Shown in pieces: positions 26,768 to 50,895 of a stretch of DNA of 64,000 nucleotides. Made by a program: the position numbers and the translations under genes. The stretch lies in NCBI RefSeq assembly GCF_009914755.1, contig NC_060937.1; one strand, 5' to 3'. The stretch is from the human T2T-CHM13v2.0 reference genome, Homo sapiens. Within the stretch, counting starts at the first letter, position 1. Every line of letters begins with the position of its first letter. The notes under the pieces were generated by a model. The model was given only the letters and a program-made list of their open reading frames with translations. It did no database searches and was not told where the DNA came from.

Positions 26768-27362
<595 letters not shown>

Positions 27363-28054
27363 ATAAGCATCCGTCCACTTCCATTTCCCTCTGTTAAGAG
27401 GTCCCAGGCAGCAGCTGCAGGAAGACAACGCAGCTTTGTGGGTAGGGGTTTCAGCACAGGGCTTGTGGCAAGTAGAGCTATCTAACAGATGCCAGGAAAC
27501 GTGAGTGTGTTCCTTAGGAGAGGTGGCTGAGCTCAGAGCTTTGGAAATCCTTTCCCCTACAAGGAGATAGAGAAGAGAGAAGACAGCTGAGGAAGGGGTC
27601 CTGAGGACACCAGCATTTAAGGACTGTGCCCTCAAGTGGATCTAGCAAAGGAGAGGACGATTGAATGACCAACAATTAAACAGAACACTGAAAGATGCAG
27701 GGAAGCCCAGGGAGGGAGTTTCAAGGAGGATCACATGGTCAGCAGCACCTGGAGACGATCTTACACACTGTCCTTTCACTTTTCTTTAGTTGACATTTAA
27801 CTAGTCAACAAGTTCTATTTTTCCCAATGTATTCCTCAAAACCACAGTTTAAAGTAAACTGTTTGGGTATCTGTTTCCTCTCACTAGAGGAAGTGAGAGG
27901 GCATGGATAGTGTCTTATTTATCTTTGTCAGCCCAGGCTGTAACACAATATCAGCCTGATATTCAGAAGGTGCTTGATAATTGTATATGAACCTAAACTA
28001 TTTTCTTAAAAGATAATCCTGAGTTTGGGATTTACTAAAAATGAAGACTGAACA

Positions 28055-28373
28055 GGCCGGGTGCGGTGGCTCACGCCTGTAATCCCAGCACTTCGGGAGG
28101 CCGAGGCAGGCAGATCACCTGAGGTCGGGAGTTCGAGACCAGCCTGACCAACATGGAGAAACCCTGTCTCTACTAAAAATACAAAGTTAGCCAGGCGTGG
28201 TGGCATATGCCTGTAATCCCAGCTACTCAGAAGGCTGAGGCAGGAGAATTGCTTGAACTCGGGAGGCAGAGGTTGTGGTGAACCGAGATCGCGCTATTGC
28301 ACTACAGCCTGGGTAACAAGAGCGAAACTCCATCTCAAAAATAAACAAACAAATAAATAAATAAATAAAAATA
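28055..28373 (+). mobile_element. Alu (Sp-like)
   Basis: GGTCGGGAGTTCGAGACCAGCCTGACCAACATGGAG diagnostic; (TAAA)n tail. Confidence 0.93.
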
Positions 28374-29284
28374 AGGCTGAACAAGATAGTGATAATGTAA
28401 GGGAGTAACATAAACAGCCAGCACGATCTCACTTTGCTGCACTAGAAACCATTACTGTCATGGACATAAAGAAAATAATCTTATAAACACCATTTTTGGC
28501 GAATGAAGAAACATTGAAATTTTTCTCTAACTATCACTGTTTAACAAGATGTGGAAAAGTAAGAAGGTGTGAAGGAAGAGCTTTTGGAAACTGGAGAGCA
28601 AAAGGCCAAGTGTTAATTGATTCGGCCAAAAAAAAAAAAAATCCTCTGATTTATAGACAGCCAAGAAACAACACAAATTACCCAGCATAAACCCTAAATC
28701 TCAGAAACTGGAAGATTTGGAGGTGGGGCTCTACACCAGAAGGGCAGTTGCAAGTCTGTTTAACAAACAAATGTCCATACCCTAAGCAGCTGCCTGCCCG
28801 TCCTCAGGCCTAGAGGTTTGCTCCTTCGAGAAGATTAGACAGAAGATCTGGGAGAAGTAGGGTAAGATAAGACCCGGGGCTCTCTTTCTGCAAATGGGGA
28901 TTAAGTTGATGTCTACATGTTGAATAGTGCGTAGTCACTCCTTAATTTATATTTTGTAAATATGAATTTTCATATTTTAAGCTTATTAAGTACAACTAAA
29001 CTAAAACAGAATAAAAAATAATATTAGTAACTTCTAGTATAGTACAAGTCCCACAATCCCTAACCAAAATTGTAGAGGTCAGATATACTTCAGAATTCAG
29101 AAAGTGTTTGTTGTTTAAAGGTAATAGTACTGTATATTATCCTATATTCCCAGTGGGGTGTGGCGCAGACCTCTGTAGTTAAACACATTAATATGTTTGC
29201 AATGAAATATATGAATATACTTTATACATTCCAAGTGGGATAAATAAGGAGTAAAATTAATTGCCTACCTTTTGGGGTCAGGTA

Positions 29285-29728
<444 letters not shown>

Positions 29729-30029
29729 TAGTGATGGTAGCATGAATGTATTTATAACACACTTAAAAGTGGTTAAGATGGTAAATTTTATATTGGTGTA
29801 TTTTACCACAATGAATACATTTGGAAAAATAACTATTGATTTTCAGAGCTTTTTGGATTTCAGAATTCTAGAAATGGGATCTCAGACCAATACTTGGATA
29901 TAGGGGCTAACCTTTTAATCCTAATGCAGTTTTAAAAATAAGGTACTCAAGTTTTCTGTGCCTTACTTTCTTCTATCAAACAAAGTATGGCATACATCTT
30001 CAAATTAGACAATAAAATGTTCAAATTGT

Positions 30030-30216
30030 TACCTCCTCTGTTGAGTTTTTTTATTATTCAGATAACTTATCAAGAATGGTTGAACAGATTATCCAAACTA
30101 ATTTTGGTATCCAACGGGTACGTCTCTGGAAAGAATCCCTTGGGTTGGCACTGAGCACTCTGACTTTTCTCCGTGATCATGATCTTCAGCAGTACCATGA
30201 AGACAGCAGAACTCAA
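30030..30216 (-). other. N4BP2L2: Probable N4BP2L2 terminal exon (3'UTR, or coding in an alternative frame)
   Basis: Acceptor GTGTTTGCTTGTAG at 30217; AATAAA (minus) at 30055-30050; open frame to TAG at 30100-30098 in phase with the 45-nt exon. The 3' end is estimated from the polyA signal. Confidence 0.7.
30050..30055 (-). terminator. Polyadenylation signal AATAAA for the long N4BP2L2 isoform
   Basis: Plus strand TTTATT at the end of the predicted terminal exon. Confidence 0.65.
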
Positions 30217-30592
30217 CTACAAGCAAACACAAGCCCAGACAAGACCAGAAAACATGTGACATGAACAGTTTGTTTTCAGGTTCCCAGCCTTTACTTCCTG
30301 AGTTATGCCACTCCCCTGGCATCCAGGACTTCACAGCTGTCCCCACAGTCTACACTGCTTAGTCCTGCCTCATTCAAGAGCCTGTTCCCTGACATTTCCC
30401 AACTCCTTGTCCTTCAGCTGAAACTTGTTCTAGATCCCATTCCCTGAGGATCCAGCTATGTACATTACAAAAAATTAAAAATAAATGCACTAATTCATGC
30501 AAATGTGTTAACATGTTTACTGGGCCAATATGTTCCTCTCCTAAAGAACACAATTTCTATTTTGCCAGAGAGCATTTCAAAGGCAATGTTTT

Positions 30593-31690
<1,098 letters not shown>

Positions 31691-32454
31691 TAAAAGATAA
31701 AAATTTTACAAATTAAGAAACTGAGACTCTGAGAAGGGTCCTCTGTTTAGGGTCACACACAGCTAGTCAGGAGGAGCCTTAAGATGGGGACCCATCCTCT
31801 TCCTAGCACCCTGCCCCACTGCCGTAAAGGAGTGCCATGACATTAAACACCCTGGCAACCAGCAGGGAGAATATTTGTAAATGGGCACCGACTTGTGGCT
31901 CCCAGAGCCAACCAGATTCTCCTGCTATTTCCCTGTTTCTAAATTTCTGTTTACCCCTTGAGACAGACTGGTCAGTACTTAATGCCAAACATAAAACAGG
32001 ATGCCCTTTCTCAATAAAATAGTAAAAAAATCTGCACATAGCTATAGCACTCATAAAATTCCCTAAAAAGAAAAAAATAATAATTAAGGGCAGAATGCTC
32101 TGTGAGAAGACCCGACAGTTTAGGATACATGTGGGAGATCATCATGAAAATCAAAATTGTGGTTGCAAAATGTCCTTGACACAAATCTACCAATTTTAGC
32201 AGACAGAAAAGACTCCTGAAATTGGCCACAGGAAAATATATCCATGCTTGCTGCATGCTGCTTGTACTGGTGTCTCCTCATGTTGGGGCCATCTAGGGGA
32301 ACTTCACTCACTATAATCTAACTTCAGTCAGAGGTAGGCTAGAGGCTCACTCAGCCAAGTCCTTGCCCAACATGCTATGGTGTTAAATCAAATCCCTACA
32401 ACATAAATTCCATGAGGGCAGGGGTGTTTTTACTGCTATATCTTCAGTGTCTGA

Positions 32455-32777
<323 letters not shown>

Positions 32778-33625
32778 ACATTTGCTGAATAATTGAATGA
32801 ATGTCTTCACTTCCTTCCTCTGGAATTCCTCATTGTCTCTCATCTCCTCCTGTACCATATTTATCCCACATTTTTCTAGTGGCCCCTGCAAATCTCTAAA
32901 CTCTTCTCCCAAATCTTCAGTTCTTCCTCTTCTTTCAGGGGAAGCAGGATTAAAACAAACAAAAAACATTTTTACAGGGTATACATGTCTTTCTAGTTGA
33001 GAAATGGAAACTAGAATATTCTTAGAAATAAGTTAAAATGAAAAAACGTATGGTAAATGCATAGTGCATTCAATTCTTATCAAATGCAGACATATATGCA
33101 CTGAAATCGTAGCAGCTGTGTTTATTTCATAATTTAGGCATTTGAAAAAAAATGCAATGTGTTTATTTTAATGTCAGCTTGATAAGTTTAAAATATAACA
33201 TGAGTTTGTCTATATGTTTTACCTCTTTTCCTAGAGAATCTAATATTTAAGTAGAACCTACACCCCTAATTCCCAGCCCTCATCACATACCAACCCAAGG
33301 GGGGAAATGTCTCATAAATTGTGTGTTGATAGAATGTTATAAAATATGTTCTAACCAATAAAGTGGGAAAATAAATTTGGGAGCAACAATCTAAGCTTTG
33401 CTGTATTTCAAAAAAGATCTACACTTAAAGGAAATAAAAACATCACATGTATAATAGCACACAAGGTTGCTATGGTAACAAACTTCATTTTTTATATTTT
33501 ACTCTCCAGTCGTGCTATAATACATATGAGCTATTACAAACAAATAATGTCAAGATTAACTATTTTATGATCAAACAGAGGTCTCTAGAATAAGTCATAC
33601 TTACAGTTCAAGGAATTTTCATTTT

Positions 33626-33649
33626 TCAACCAATCTTCTTCTGTCTTTT
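33626..33649 (-). CDS. N4BP2L2: N4BP2L2 last coding segment KRQKKIG* (within a 45-nt exon, 33605-33649)
   Basis: Acceptor ATTTCTAG at 33650; TGA at 33628-33626; consensus donor ACT|GTAAGT at 33604. Confidence 0.85.
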   Translation of the reverse strand, partial: KRQKKIG

Positions 33650-33760
33650 CTAGAAATTATAATTAAAATACATAAAATATTAATATTTGGCATTGGAGTT
33701 AAGTTTGCACTGTCATTTTACTCATGTAGGGACACTCCTAAAATGACAAAAGAAATATAA

Positions 33761-34439
<679 letters not shown>

Positions 34440-35214
34440 TAAACATTTAAAATATTGCTCTGTGTGTGTGTATGTGTGTTTTAAGTGGCAATAATGTCTC
34501 CATGGGGAATAAGGAGAAACAAGAAGATGAGGAAAAATGTATTTGGTTTTATTAAATGGACAGACGAAATGAGTCTACTTTGCCCATAGAGGTGTTTATG
34601 AGAACAGTTAAGAAATACCTACTGTCCTGAACTATTAGTTCTAGAATGATTCACTAAATTTTGATTTTACTATTCACTTCAAAATGTACCCATTAGCATT
34701 GCCTCTGGACACATTTAAATAATAACCAACTAATGTGAACAGAACCCCAGCCACCCCCACTAGGTTAGGTGAAGTACTGGCTTTTCCAGATTTTCTATCA
34801 TCCTTCTAACCTTCCAAGCCAGTCCTCCTCCAGCTACCTGGAAAATGAACAGCCCTCAGAATAGTTACGTCTGTCACTGTGGACCACAGATCACAACAAT
34901 AGGAAGGTGCTTCCAAGTCAAGTAACTACACATCTAATTTGTAGCTGTTACTCTATCATAATGGGTAAGACTGAGGGCCGGACAGGAGAAAAGATGTAAT
35001 GAAGAATAAAGGACTCACCTACAGTGGGCACCTTAGTCATCCCCAGTGAGTCCTTATACCTGTATATTCCTCCACAAAGTTAGGGAATTAAATGTAACCT
35101 TCTCTTTGGACTAATTGAAAGAAAACATGCCTATATTATCCACTCATCCCCATCCATATATATCCTTTTTCTAATTTAAGGTATGTAGCACTTCTCTCAA
35201 GTTTGATAAATTTT

Positions 35215-35865
<651 letters not shown>

Positions 35866-35895
35866 ACATACACACACACACACACACATATATAC

Positions 35896-35981
35896 CTCCA
35901 CTGACATCTTCCATTGCAAGTAGATCATCTTTAGTGTCTTCCAGTCAAGGGGAACCACATAGTCATCAGGCAACAAGGATT
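35896..35981 (-). CDS. N4BP2L2: N4BP2L2 exon (ESLLPDDYVVPLDWKTLKMIYLQWKMSVE)
   Basis: Acceptor CTTTCTTTCACAG at 35982; donor GAG|GTATAT at 35895; 86 nt, phase 1 to 0; continues the N4BP2-like motif. Confidence 0.9.
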
Positions 35982-36974
35982 CTGTGAAAGAAAGAAAGAC
36001 CTAATCTCATCTCTAATGTCACACAGATTTTTGCCCTAACTGTGAAGACATGCAAACCTGATCTCTAATTCACCATACCATTAAAAGTCTGGTTTTAAAG
36101 ATATTTCGGTGATGTCTAAAGCTGGAGTTTGTCTCAGATCTCAATTAGTAAACACTATCCAGACTCCAATACTAGGATTCATTTGAGTTCTTGCCTTATT
36201 TGCAAGGCCACTGACCATGAGCTTGGCTCGTCCAATCTAGCCAAACAAATCGCTTCGTAGCCTCTACTTATGGTTTTCTCTTTATCTCTTTCAAGTACAT
36301 GCCATTTCCAAATATGAAATTCTTTCCCTCTGCTTTTCTTTCAAGCTACATTCTTTTTCCCTTGTACAAACACGGCTTATAATGCACTTCCACATGTAAG
36401 GCATTCCAGAGAAAACTATAACCTCAAATTCTCTTCTACAATCCTTTTAGCACTATTAATGTCACTCATAAAATATTCATAAGCTTATCATTTATATTTT
36501 CTATATGCACTAATTTTATTTTATGTTAGTCTTGTCTCCCAATTTAGAAGGTAAGCTAGTTGATGAATGAGGTCTATTTCCTTTAAAAAGCTTTCTGAAG
36601 TTTAATTAACGGATGCTTGATCATTGTTGATTATGATGACATCATGCACTCAAGGTAAGCGAGGCATAGAATCTTTTCACAATAGTGTCTTGATGCATTC
36701 TGGTGCCCCTCTAAGGCAGTGATTGCTAATCTTTTTGCATCATAGACCCCTCTGAGGAGCCGATTAAATCTATGGACTTCTCCCCAAAAAAATGGCACAA
36801 AATAACCCCCAAAATTTTACATACAATTTCAGAATATGGACCTTGGACTACGATCTCAGAACTAAAATGTCTTCAGTTATCACTTAAAGCTCCCGAAAGC
36901 AAAAGCATTTACTTTGAAAAAAATTGGTATGTTTCTTTGGTGTTAGTAGGCGGGTAGAAAAATTACAACAAATA

Positions 36975-39310
<2,336 letters not shown>

Positions 39311-39632
39311 AAATAAAGCAGCCTATCTCTACTGATTACATAATCCCTTTTTGCCTGCTTCATCCTCCATTCTTCCCAGTATCTATTGAAATTGAGAGCC
39401 CAAGTATTCTAAGTTCTCAAAGACATTGAAAGAGACATGAAGACTACCGACAGCAAAGGGTGGGGACTTTGAAGATCAAGCACCGTTTGCTATGGATCCT
39501 CACTCACTGCTGAAAAGCATCACGAGATTAATAAACTGCATGAGATCACTAACCACCAGGTAGAAACACCTCCAGAATTACTTACATATGTTAAACTGGA
39601 TCTTTTACTTTTAGCAAAAGAAAACAACTTAC

Positions 39633-41371
39633 CCATTGGAACGCCTGGAGATCCAAAAAGCTTTACTAATTGAAAGGCAAACCCTTGTGATAATGGTAGC
39701 TCAAGGGAACGGTAGTCAGTGCTTGTTAAGTCTTGGCTGTCCTCAGCTGGTAATTCCTTAGGTTCTTCCCATCTTTTCAGCTTTCTATCAAACCTTTCAT
39801 TTAAAAAGTGAAAATCAGAAGTGACTCCCAAAGAGCACGAAGTATCAGGATGACTATGTAAAATTTCTGGAGAAATAAACCCTGCATCATTTAGTTTATT
39901 ACCTACTCTTGTCTGAGATTCGAAAGTCAAAAACAGTTTCTTGTTTGTAAAAGATGGCTTCCAAATACTAGATAAATTATGTAGCACAAAAGAAGGAATA
40001 TAATTTTTGTATAAAGATGCAGAGCACCTTAGTCTGTTAAATGACAGGCAATGAGAATAACGCTGTCCATCAATATTTAAAGGGGTAGCTTTGATAATAT
40101 CAAGGTAAAACCACAATGGATGATGATCAAAGGTCATAAGTTTTTGTTTATTCTCCTCTTCACTGTTCCTTTCTGAAATTCTATCTTTTTCTTCTCCCAA
40201 AGTAATTTTTAGTCCATGGTTTTTTGTTAACAGGTCACATTTCTCCCTTTCTTTTACACCGATACGACTCTGTCCTAATAAGTCAAAATTTGGTACCAAA
40301 TTGAAAATCCTTTTCTTCCTCCTTTTCTTATTTTTTGTTGATTCTAAGGCATTCTTTGGTATATCCGGTTGAGGTAAGCAGCTTCTGAAGAGGTTTGTTT
40401 CTATGAATGAATCCATAGTTTCAGGTGGAGGTGAAAAATCTTCATTTCCTATCAGTAGTTTGTCTGTCAATATTTCTGGATTGTTTCCTGGTTCTGATGC
40501 TGCCACCGAAGTGAAGATCATTTGAATCCATTGCCCCCTGCTGTCAGGACCAGCCAACTTACATGCTCTATCTTTCTTTGGTCTCTGTTCACATATAAAC
40601 TTATGAGGTCCTGCAGGCCAGCTACCAAAATAGGGCTGTCTGTCAGAGCCCAGCTGTAAATCTTCATCAGATAAATTGGTTGTGAAAAAAGCCCAGTGAT
40701 TGATTTTAGTTGTATACACTTGTTCCTCTCTTAAAACTTTATCTGACATTCTGATTCCATGTTGATGGCACAGAATGGGTTCATGTGAGAGATTTTTATC
40801 TACTATTTCTCTCTTCTTCATAAATAAGCATGAAGTTTCCGCAGAAAGGTCCTGGGTGTCTAATGCTATGGTATGCCTATTTCTAATATGCTTTTCTACC
40901 TTCATGCCAGAGCAGTCATCAGTTGTTACACAGGAAAGGTTTTGAGTCAGTATTGGACAAGTAACGGAGATTTCATTTGGCCTCAGTAACAAACTTACAA
41001 ACAAGTTATCACCTTCCTTAGAGAGGTAATTCTTTGGTGTGTTGTCTAATTCAACTATAGACATAACGTTTTGGAAACTGTCTTTAGGATCTTTATTTTT
41101 CCATCTTTTTTCTTTATATCCAGTCACAAAATCTCCGACTTCATTTTGTAGACCATCAATGAAGGGATATTCTGATTCTCTTCTGGTCTTTTCAATGTCT
41201 TCCTCTTCACTCTGAGATGGGTCCTGATCTCCCGGTGTAAGATCACTTAAGAATTCTAATGAGTTTTCCTCCATGATTCTATTCTGACTGTTCTGCTTTT
41301 TGTTTCTTTTTCTGTTCCTCTTCTGTTTGGTTTTGCTGAGCCTATGCCCAGTTTTCTTCAAAACTCTTTCT
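39633..41371 (-). CDS. N4BP2L2: N4BP2L2 long-isoform large internal exon (ERVLKKTGHR...LFGSPGVPM), 1739 nt
   Basis: Stop-free 579 codons inside the 613-aa ORF; acceptor ATATTTCAG at 41372; donor ATGG|GTAAGT at 39632; phase 2 to 1; basic NLS-like start; C-terminal LELPL..FQL..LFG motif resembling N4BP2. Confidence 0.92.
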
Positions 41372-41420
41372 CTGAAATATTAAAGAATTAAGAAAATGTA
41401 TGACTTAATTACATGTATAA

Positions 41421-41810
<390 letters not shown>

Positions 41811-41974
41811 ATACTTTGTACTATATTTAAAATCACTTTTAAAAAGAGATATTTTAATCCTATACATTAAAAATGAGTACACTTTGAGAAAGTTAAAGCT
41901 AATATGCATATAATCATTTCATAAATAACTTTATAAAAACCTAATATTTTCCTTAAAGAAAATACTTCATATAT

Positions 41975-42640
<666 letters not shown>

Positions 42641-45600
42641 ATACATAAAACCTACCAGTAAATATCTTGGACCTCCTAACATCTTAGATTTTGAAAATTA
42701 AGAAGTGGCTGTTTCAGAATGGGACAAATTTAGTGACTTTAATAGCTAGATTTCCTCTAGACATGAAGAATGGTTGATAATGAGCTGTTGAGTCCGGTAT
42801 TTGAGTGGCATGCTGCTAATTGCCCAGATTGTAGTGGTTCTAACCAGAGACTACACTACTACTCTGTGGGGTACTTGGAAATGTGTAAAGGCATTTTTGG
42901 TGGTCAGAATGACTGGTAATGTGTTACCACACATTACCAATATCAGGCATTTGGGCCTGAGGCCAGGGAAGCTAACCATCCTGCAATGCCCAGTGAAAAA
43001 TTATCCCACCCAAAAGAACAATGGTGTTTCATCCAGCACACTGAAAGTTCATAGCTCCCTTTAACGGAAGACAATATTTGATCCTAAGAGAGAAAGGAGG
43101 ATTTAGGAAATTTTCTAATTTAGAATATAAAGATCTAGTTATCCTGTCTTTCACCCTGGATAATCAGAGTCAGGGTCAAGGTGACAATGAAGACTTAGTA
43201 AAATGTAGTAGAGGAAGGACAATTGACACCGCTGAGGGAAAAATCCAGGACAGAGGAATAGAAAAGCAAGCAAACAAACCTGGAAGAAGAAAGAGATGAT
43301 GCGGAAAAGAGAATAGTCAGTTGATTGGCTGGGCATTGGACAAATGAGATTAAACCTACCCCCAGCCACTAGCCTGGTTTATTCCATATGCTGGGCAATT
43401 TTCAATAGGTAGGACACATGAAAATCTTGTTCTTTGTCACTAATTGCTGCTGCCCTTGTTTACACATTTCTAGATATTGGTTTAGAAAATACTCTAAGGA
43501 ACACTAATGTACCTAGAAACAGTTGTGATGGGGCCTCTATAAAAAGGATATTGAGTAAAGAGTGCTATCTGTGGTTGTAACTCTCCTTCATGGCCAGTTC
43601 TACCTGATTCCAGTGAAAGTCCTAGTTGCAGTCCAAGGTGCAATGTCAGTTATGAAATTCATCCTGCAGACTAGTATGTCATTCTGAAAACAAACTCCCC
43701 TGTCTTTACTCAAATGTGAACCATCCTGTTGCAGGGCAAGGAGAAAAAGAACAAATAGAGTTTGTTGTTGCGTTATTCATTCGATTAAATGGTAAAATAC
43801 TAATGACGTAAGAGACTCACTGCAGCACTGGTGATTCTGTGGAGTTTAATGCACTTAATGTATAGTCACTGTCCCTCAGAACAGCTCTCTACTGTACAAA
43901 GAAAGAGAGCCCTAATCTAGGGAAATGCAGTTACTGAAACACACTTCATCACCAAAATGTTTATAATTCCATATACCAGCAGAAAGACTAAGGTCTACAA
44001 TTGCACTTGGAAAATTGGCTTTTAAAAAAAGATGTTACACTTATTATGTATTGGGACTGTTTAATTGCTTTACATGTACCAATTCACCTAATCTTCAAAA
44101 CTGTATCAAGTAAGGGCAAAGGCTAGTTTTAACCCCATCTTACAAAGACAACTGATATACAGAGAAGTTGAAGAATGTGCTCAGGGTCACATGGCTAGTG
44201 GCAGGTTCAGACCTAGTTTGATTCGCTCTGAAGTCCACACTCCTTAACCATTATGCAACACTGCCTCTCGATTTAAAGAGAAAATTGTACAAAACATTTC
44301 CTTCTCTCTTTTTCTTCCTCCTCTCATTTTCAAACCCTCACATGTGCATAAACAGAAGATACTCAGCTGGCAAGGGTTGAGTCCTTTTCATGAGAGCAGT
44401 TCTTGGGCCCTGACTCCTGTTATCACTAACTTAATAGTATCTTGACACTTTTCTTCTGTTGCCTCTCCTTTCTCTGGATCAAATCAAAAAAGAAACAACA
44501 AGAGGAAGTGAGAGGAGATACTGTGGAGCAGGATCTCTCTCCCTAATCTGCCCTCATGTCAAGACTCCATATGAGCAATGGGAAAGCCAGACTAGATGGC
44601 CCACAGCTGAGATCAACAGATGGGCACAAGTGACTCCTCCTGGAGTTAATTCACTCATGGGGTGGAGGCAGTGAGAAGGGATCACATTCTGGATACTGTT
44701 TTGAAGGAAAAATAAGCAAGATTTGAAAATAAATCAGATATAGGGTATGAGGAAAAAGATAAGAATCAAGTATGAGTACAAGGATATTGGCCTAATTAGA
44801 GGGATGAAGTGGCTACTTACTGCAACATAAAAGTCTGCAAGATATGGGTTTGGAGAGAGGGTTGGTAAATCAGTTCCCTCAAAGTCCAGCTCAGAATAGG
44901 CTAATCTGTCATTAAAAAAGAGTTCAGAAAGTGGAAAAAAAAGAGGGCTTCTCTAATACTCCCCAAGAGTTGCTTTGTTTTCTAAGCAGATTACAATCAG
45001 CTGCTTCAGAAAAGGATAATAAGGACCCTGCTAATGTCTTTTTTTCGTTGTTTTTTTTTCTCCTAAGTCTGCTTTCTAGGGAAGGACCTGCTAATGCTAA
45101 CAACCCACTATGCCTGCAGAGAAGTAAACACTGGACCATGAAAGAATAAAGTGGCTTAAAAAGTAAACTATCAGAGTTTGGGAGATCAGGCAATTTATTA
45201 AGGCAGTTTGCTAAGAGTTAATCAAAGGAATCTCTAAGGATTAGAATTCCAACTGAAAATACAACACAATGCCAAGAGGTATGAAAATCTGACTCCACAG
45301 TGAAGTGCCAGAGACATGTACCAGTTCTGCACCACTGGAGCTCTATATAGCTACCCTCCTCATTTCAGAAACAGTGGACATGGCCTTCTGGAAAGGAAAC
45401 ACAAACCAATAACAGTGACTTGTGAAGCCCCTGGGAAATAAGAGACTTGGTAGTGATGGTGGTGGTGATAACTTCTGCTTGAATGTGGCTAATCAGTAGA
45501 TGCATTTTCTTTAGAAACATCTATCTAGAAAGTGTGAGAATCTCATCAAAGCTGTGTCAAGGATCATTAAATGTGATCTCACTGGTGCTGATTCATTTAG

Positions 45601-47199
45601 GAATGAATGGTACCATTAGAAGAAAAAAAATCACTAAATAAAAGTTAGTCATGGAGAGGAAATCACAAGAGTTAGAGGCACAGGATGTAGCTTTTAAAAG
45701 AAAGAAGAAAATAAGAAATGAACAAATGGTAACACATCTATGATGAGTAAGATTTTGCTTTCTAGATGATGGCTTAGAATCCAAGCTCCTAGGGAGCAAT
45801 GGAGTGTACCTCTCAGGAATTAGAAAGTGTTTGTTCAGATACAAGCTAATCTGACCAAGTGAACTGTGACCTGATGACAAAGGTGAGAGAGCATCCAGAT
45901 AAAGCTGAAGAAAGCAGGAAGGGAGGGTGGAAAGCATGGTAAGTGATAACCCTCATGAAAAAATATAATTAAGGGGGGGCCAGAAAAAAACATTTCCCAA
46001 TGCAGAATCCTATATACTAATTTATGATAACGGGCAATAAATGAAGTAAATCTGAGATTAAAACACATGCAGATGATAAAAGGTCTCATGGCTTTCTGGA
46101 ATGACCAGTTGAAATAACTGAGGCCCAGGTCCTGGTCCTGGCTCAGTAATAGCGAAGTCCAGGCCTTAGCTAGCAGTGGGATCCCTCAGTTAGCAGTGGG
46201 ATCTTGGGCAAATCATGTCTTTCCAAAATGAGGAAAATACCCCTCCTTGCAAAGTTGTTGTAAGGACCACTAATACAGATGCTCTTAAATAACCTCTACT
46301 CAACTGATAGAGCAGATCAATTGATTCTCTCCATTGCCTCTGTACAATGACTGATATTAATGACTCACACTAAATGCTCCCAGCTAGATGGCTGCTCTCC
46401 AGTGTAACTGCACCCTTTTGCTGTCACTGTTTAGAACTGTATATTTATAAGGAGTCAGATGGGTTTATTCGCAAGTCTGTTTATGCCAATAATAGTTTTT
46501 ACTATAATTATGTAGTTTGTCTCACTAAACATGAAGTGCTAAACAGCTGTTAAATAGGCAGCATAACTATAAAATTTGGTTGAAAATAATAAAGACCTAT
46601 GATTATGCACTCATATTGCTTTGAATATTTCTTTGGGTTCTACTTCCAATTTATATCAACAGAAACTAGAAATTCTTGACTACACATTACAGATGTGGTT
46701 TATGCATGAAAAAAGTTAAACTGCACTGAACAAAATTATACATAAAAATTGCTGAATAAATACATATAAAAACATGTATTTTAAGTTCAAATAAAATGTT
46801 TAAAGTATGTATCATTTCATAATAATTCTTTAAACAATTTTTTTCAATGAACTAACCAGCTTTCTGTCCCAATCATGTTAGAGACGAGGGCTTTAATTAT
46901 AAATAAAGCACCTAGCACAATGCTTGACACATAGTGGGTACTTCATAAATGGCAGCTCTTATTTTTATTATGTATTAACAACAACAAAAGCAATCTTATA
47001 AATTTCACTGAGACTCCCACGATGCAATTCAAGAGTAGAATGTGGCAATGTGATACTTATGATTTACTTAAAACAAACAGTTGAGTTAGAAGAACTGGAA
47101 AATTCTCCAAAAATGTAATTTACTTAATGTAATTGCAAATGATTGGAAGTGGAAAAAAATTTTTTTAAACTAAGTGGCCATATATAGACAAAGTGATAA

Positions 47200-50895
<3,696 letters not shown>

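Noticed and set aside
39520-41361. The 613-aa ORF as a stand-alone single-exon gene
   Set aside because: It starts at a TTG just inside a splice acceptor, and its last 37 codons run past a consensus GTAAGT donor; it is an internal N4BP2L2 exon.
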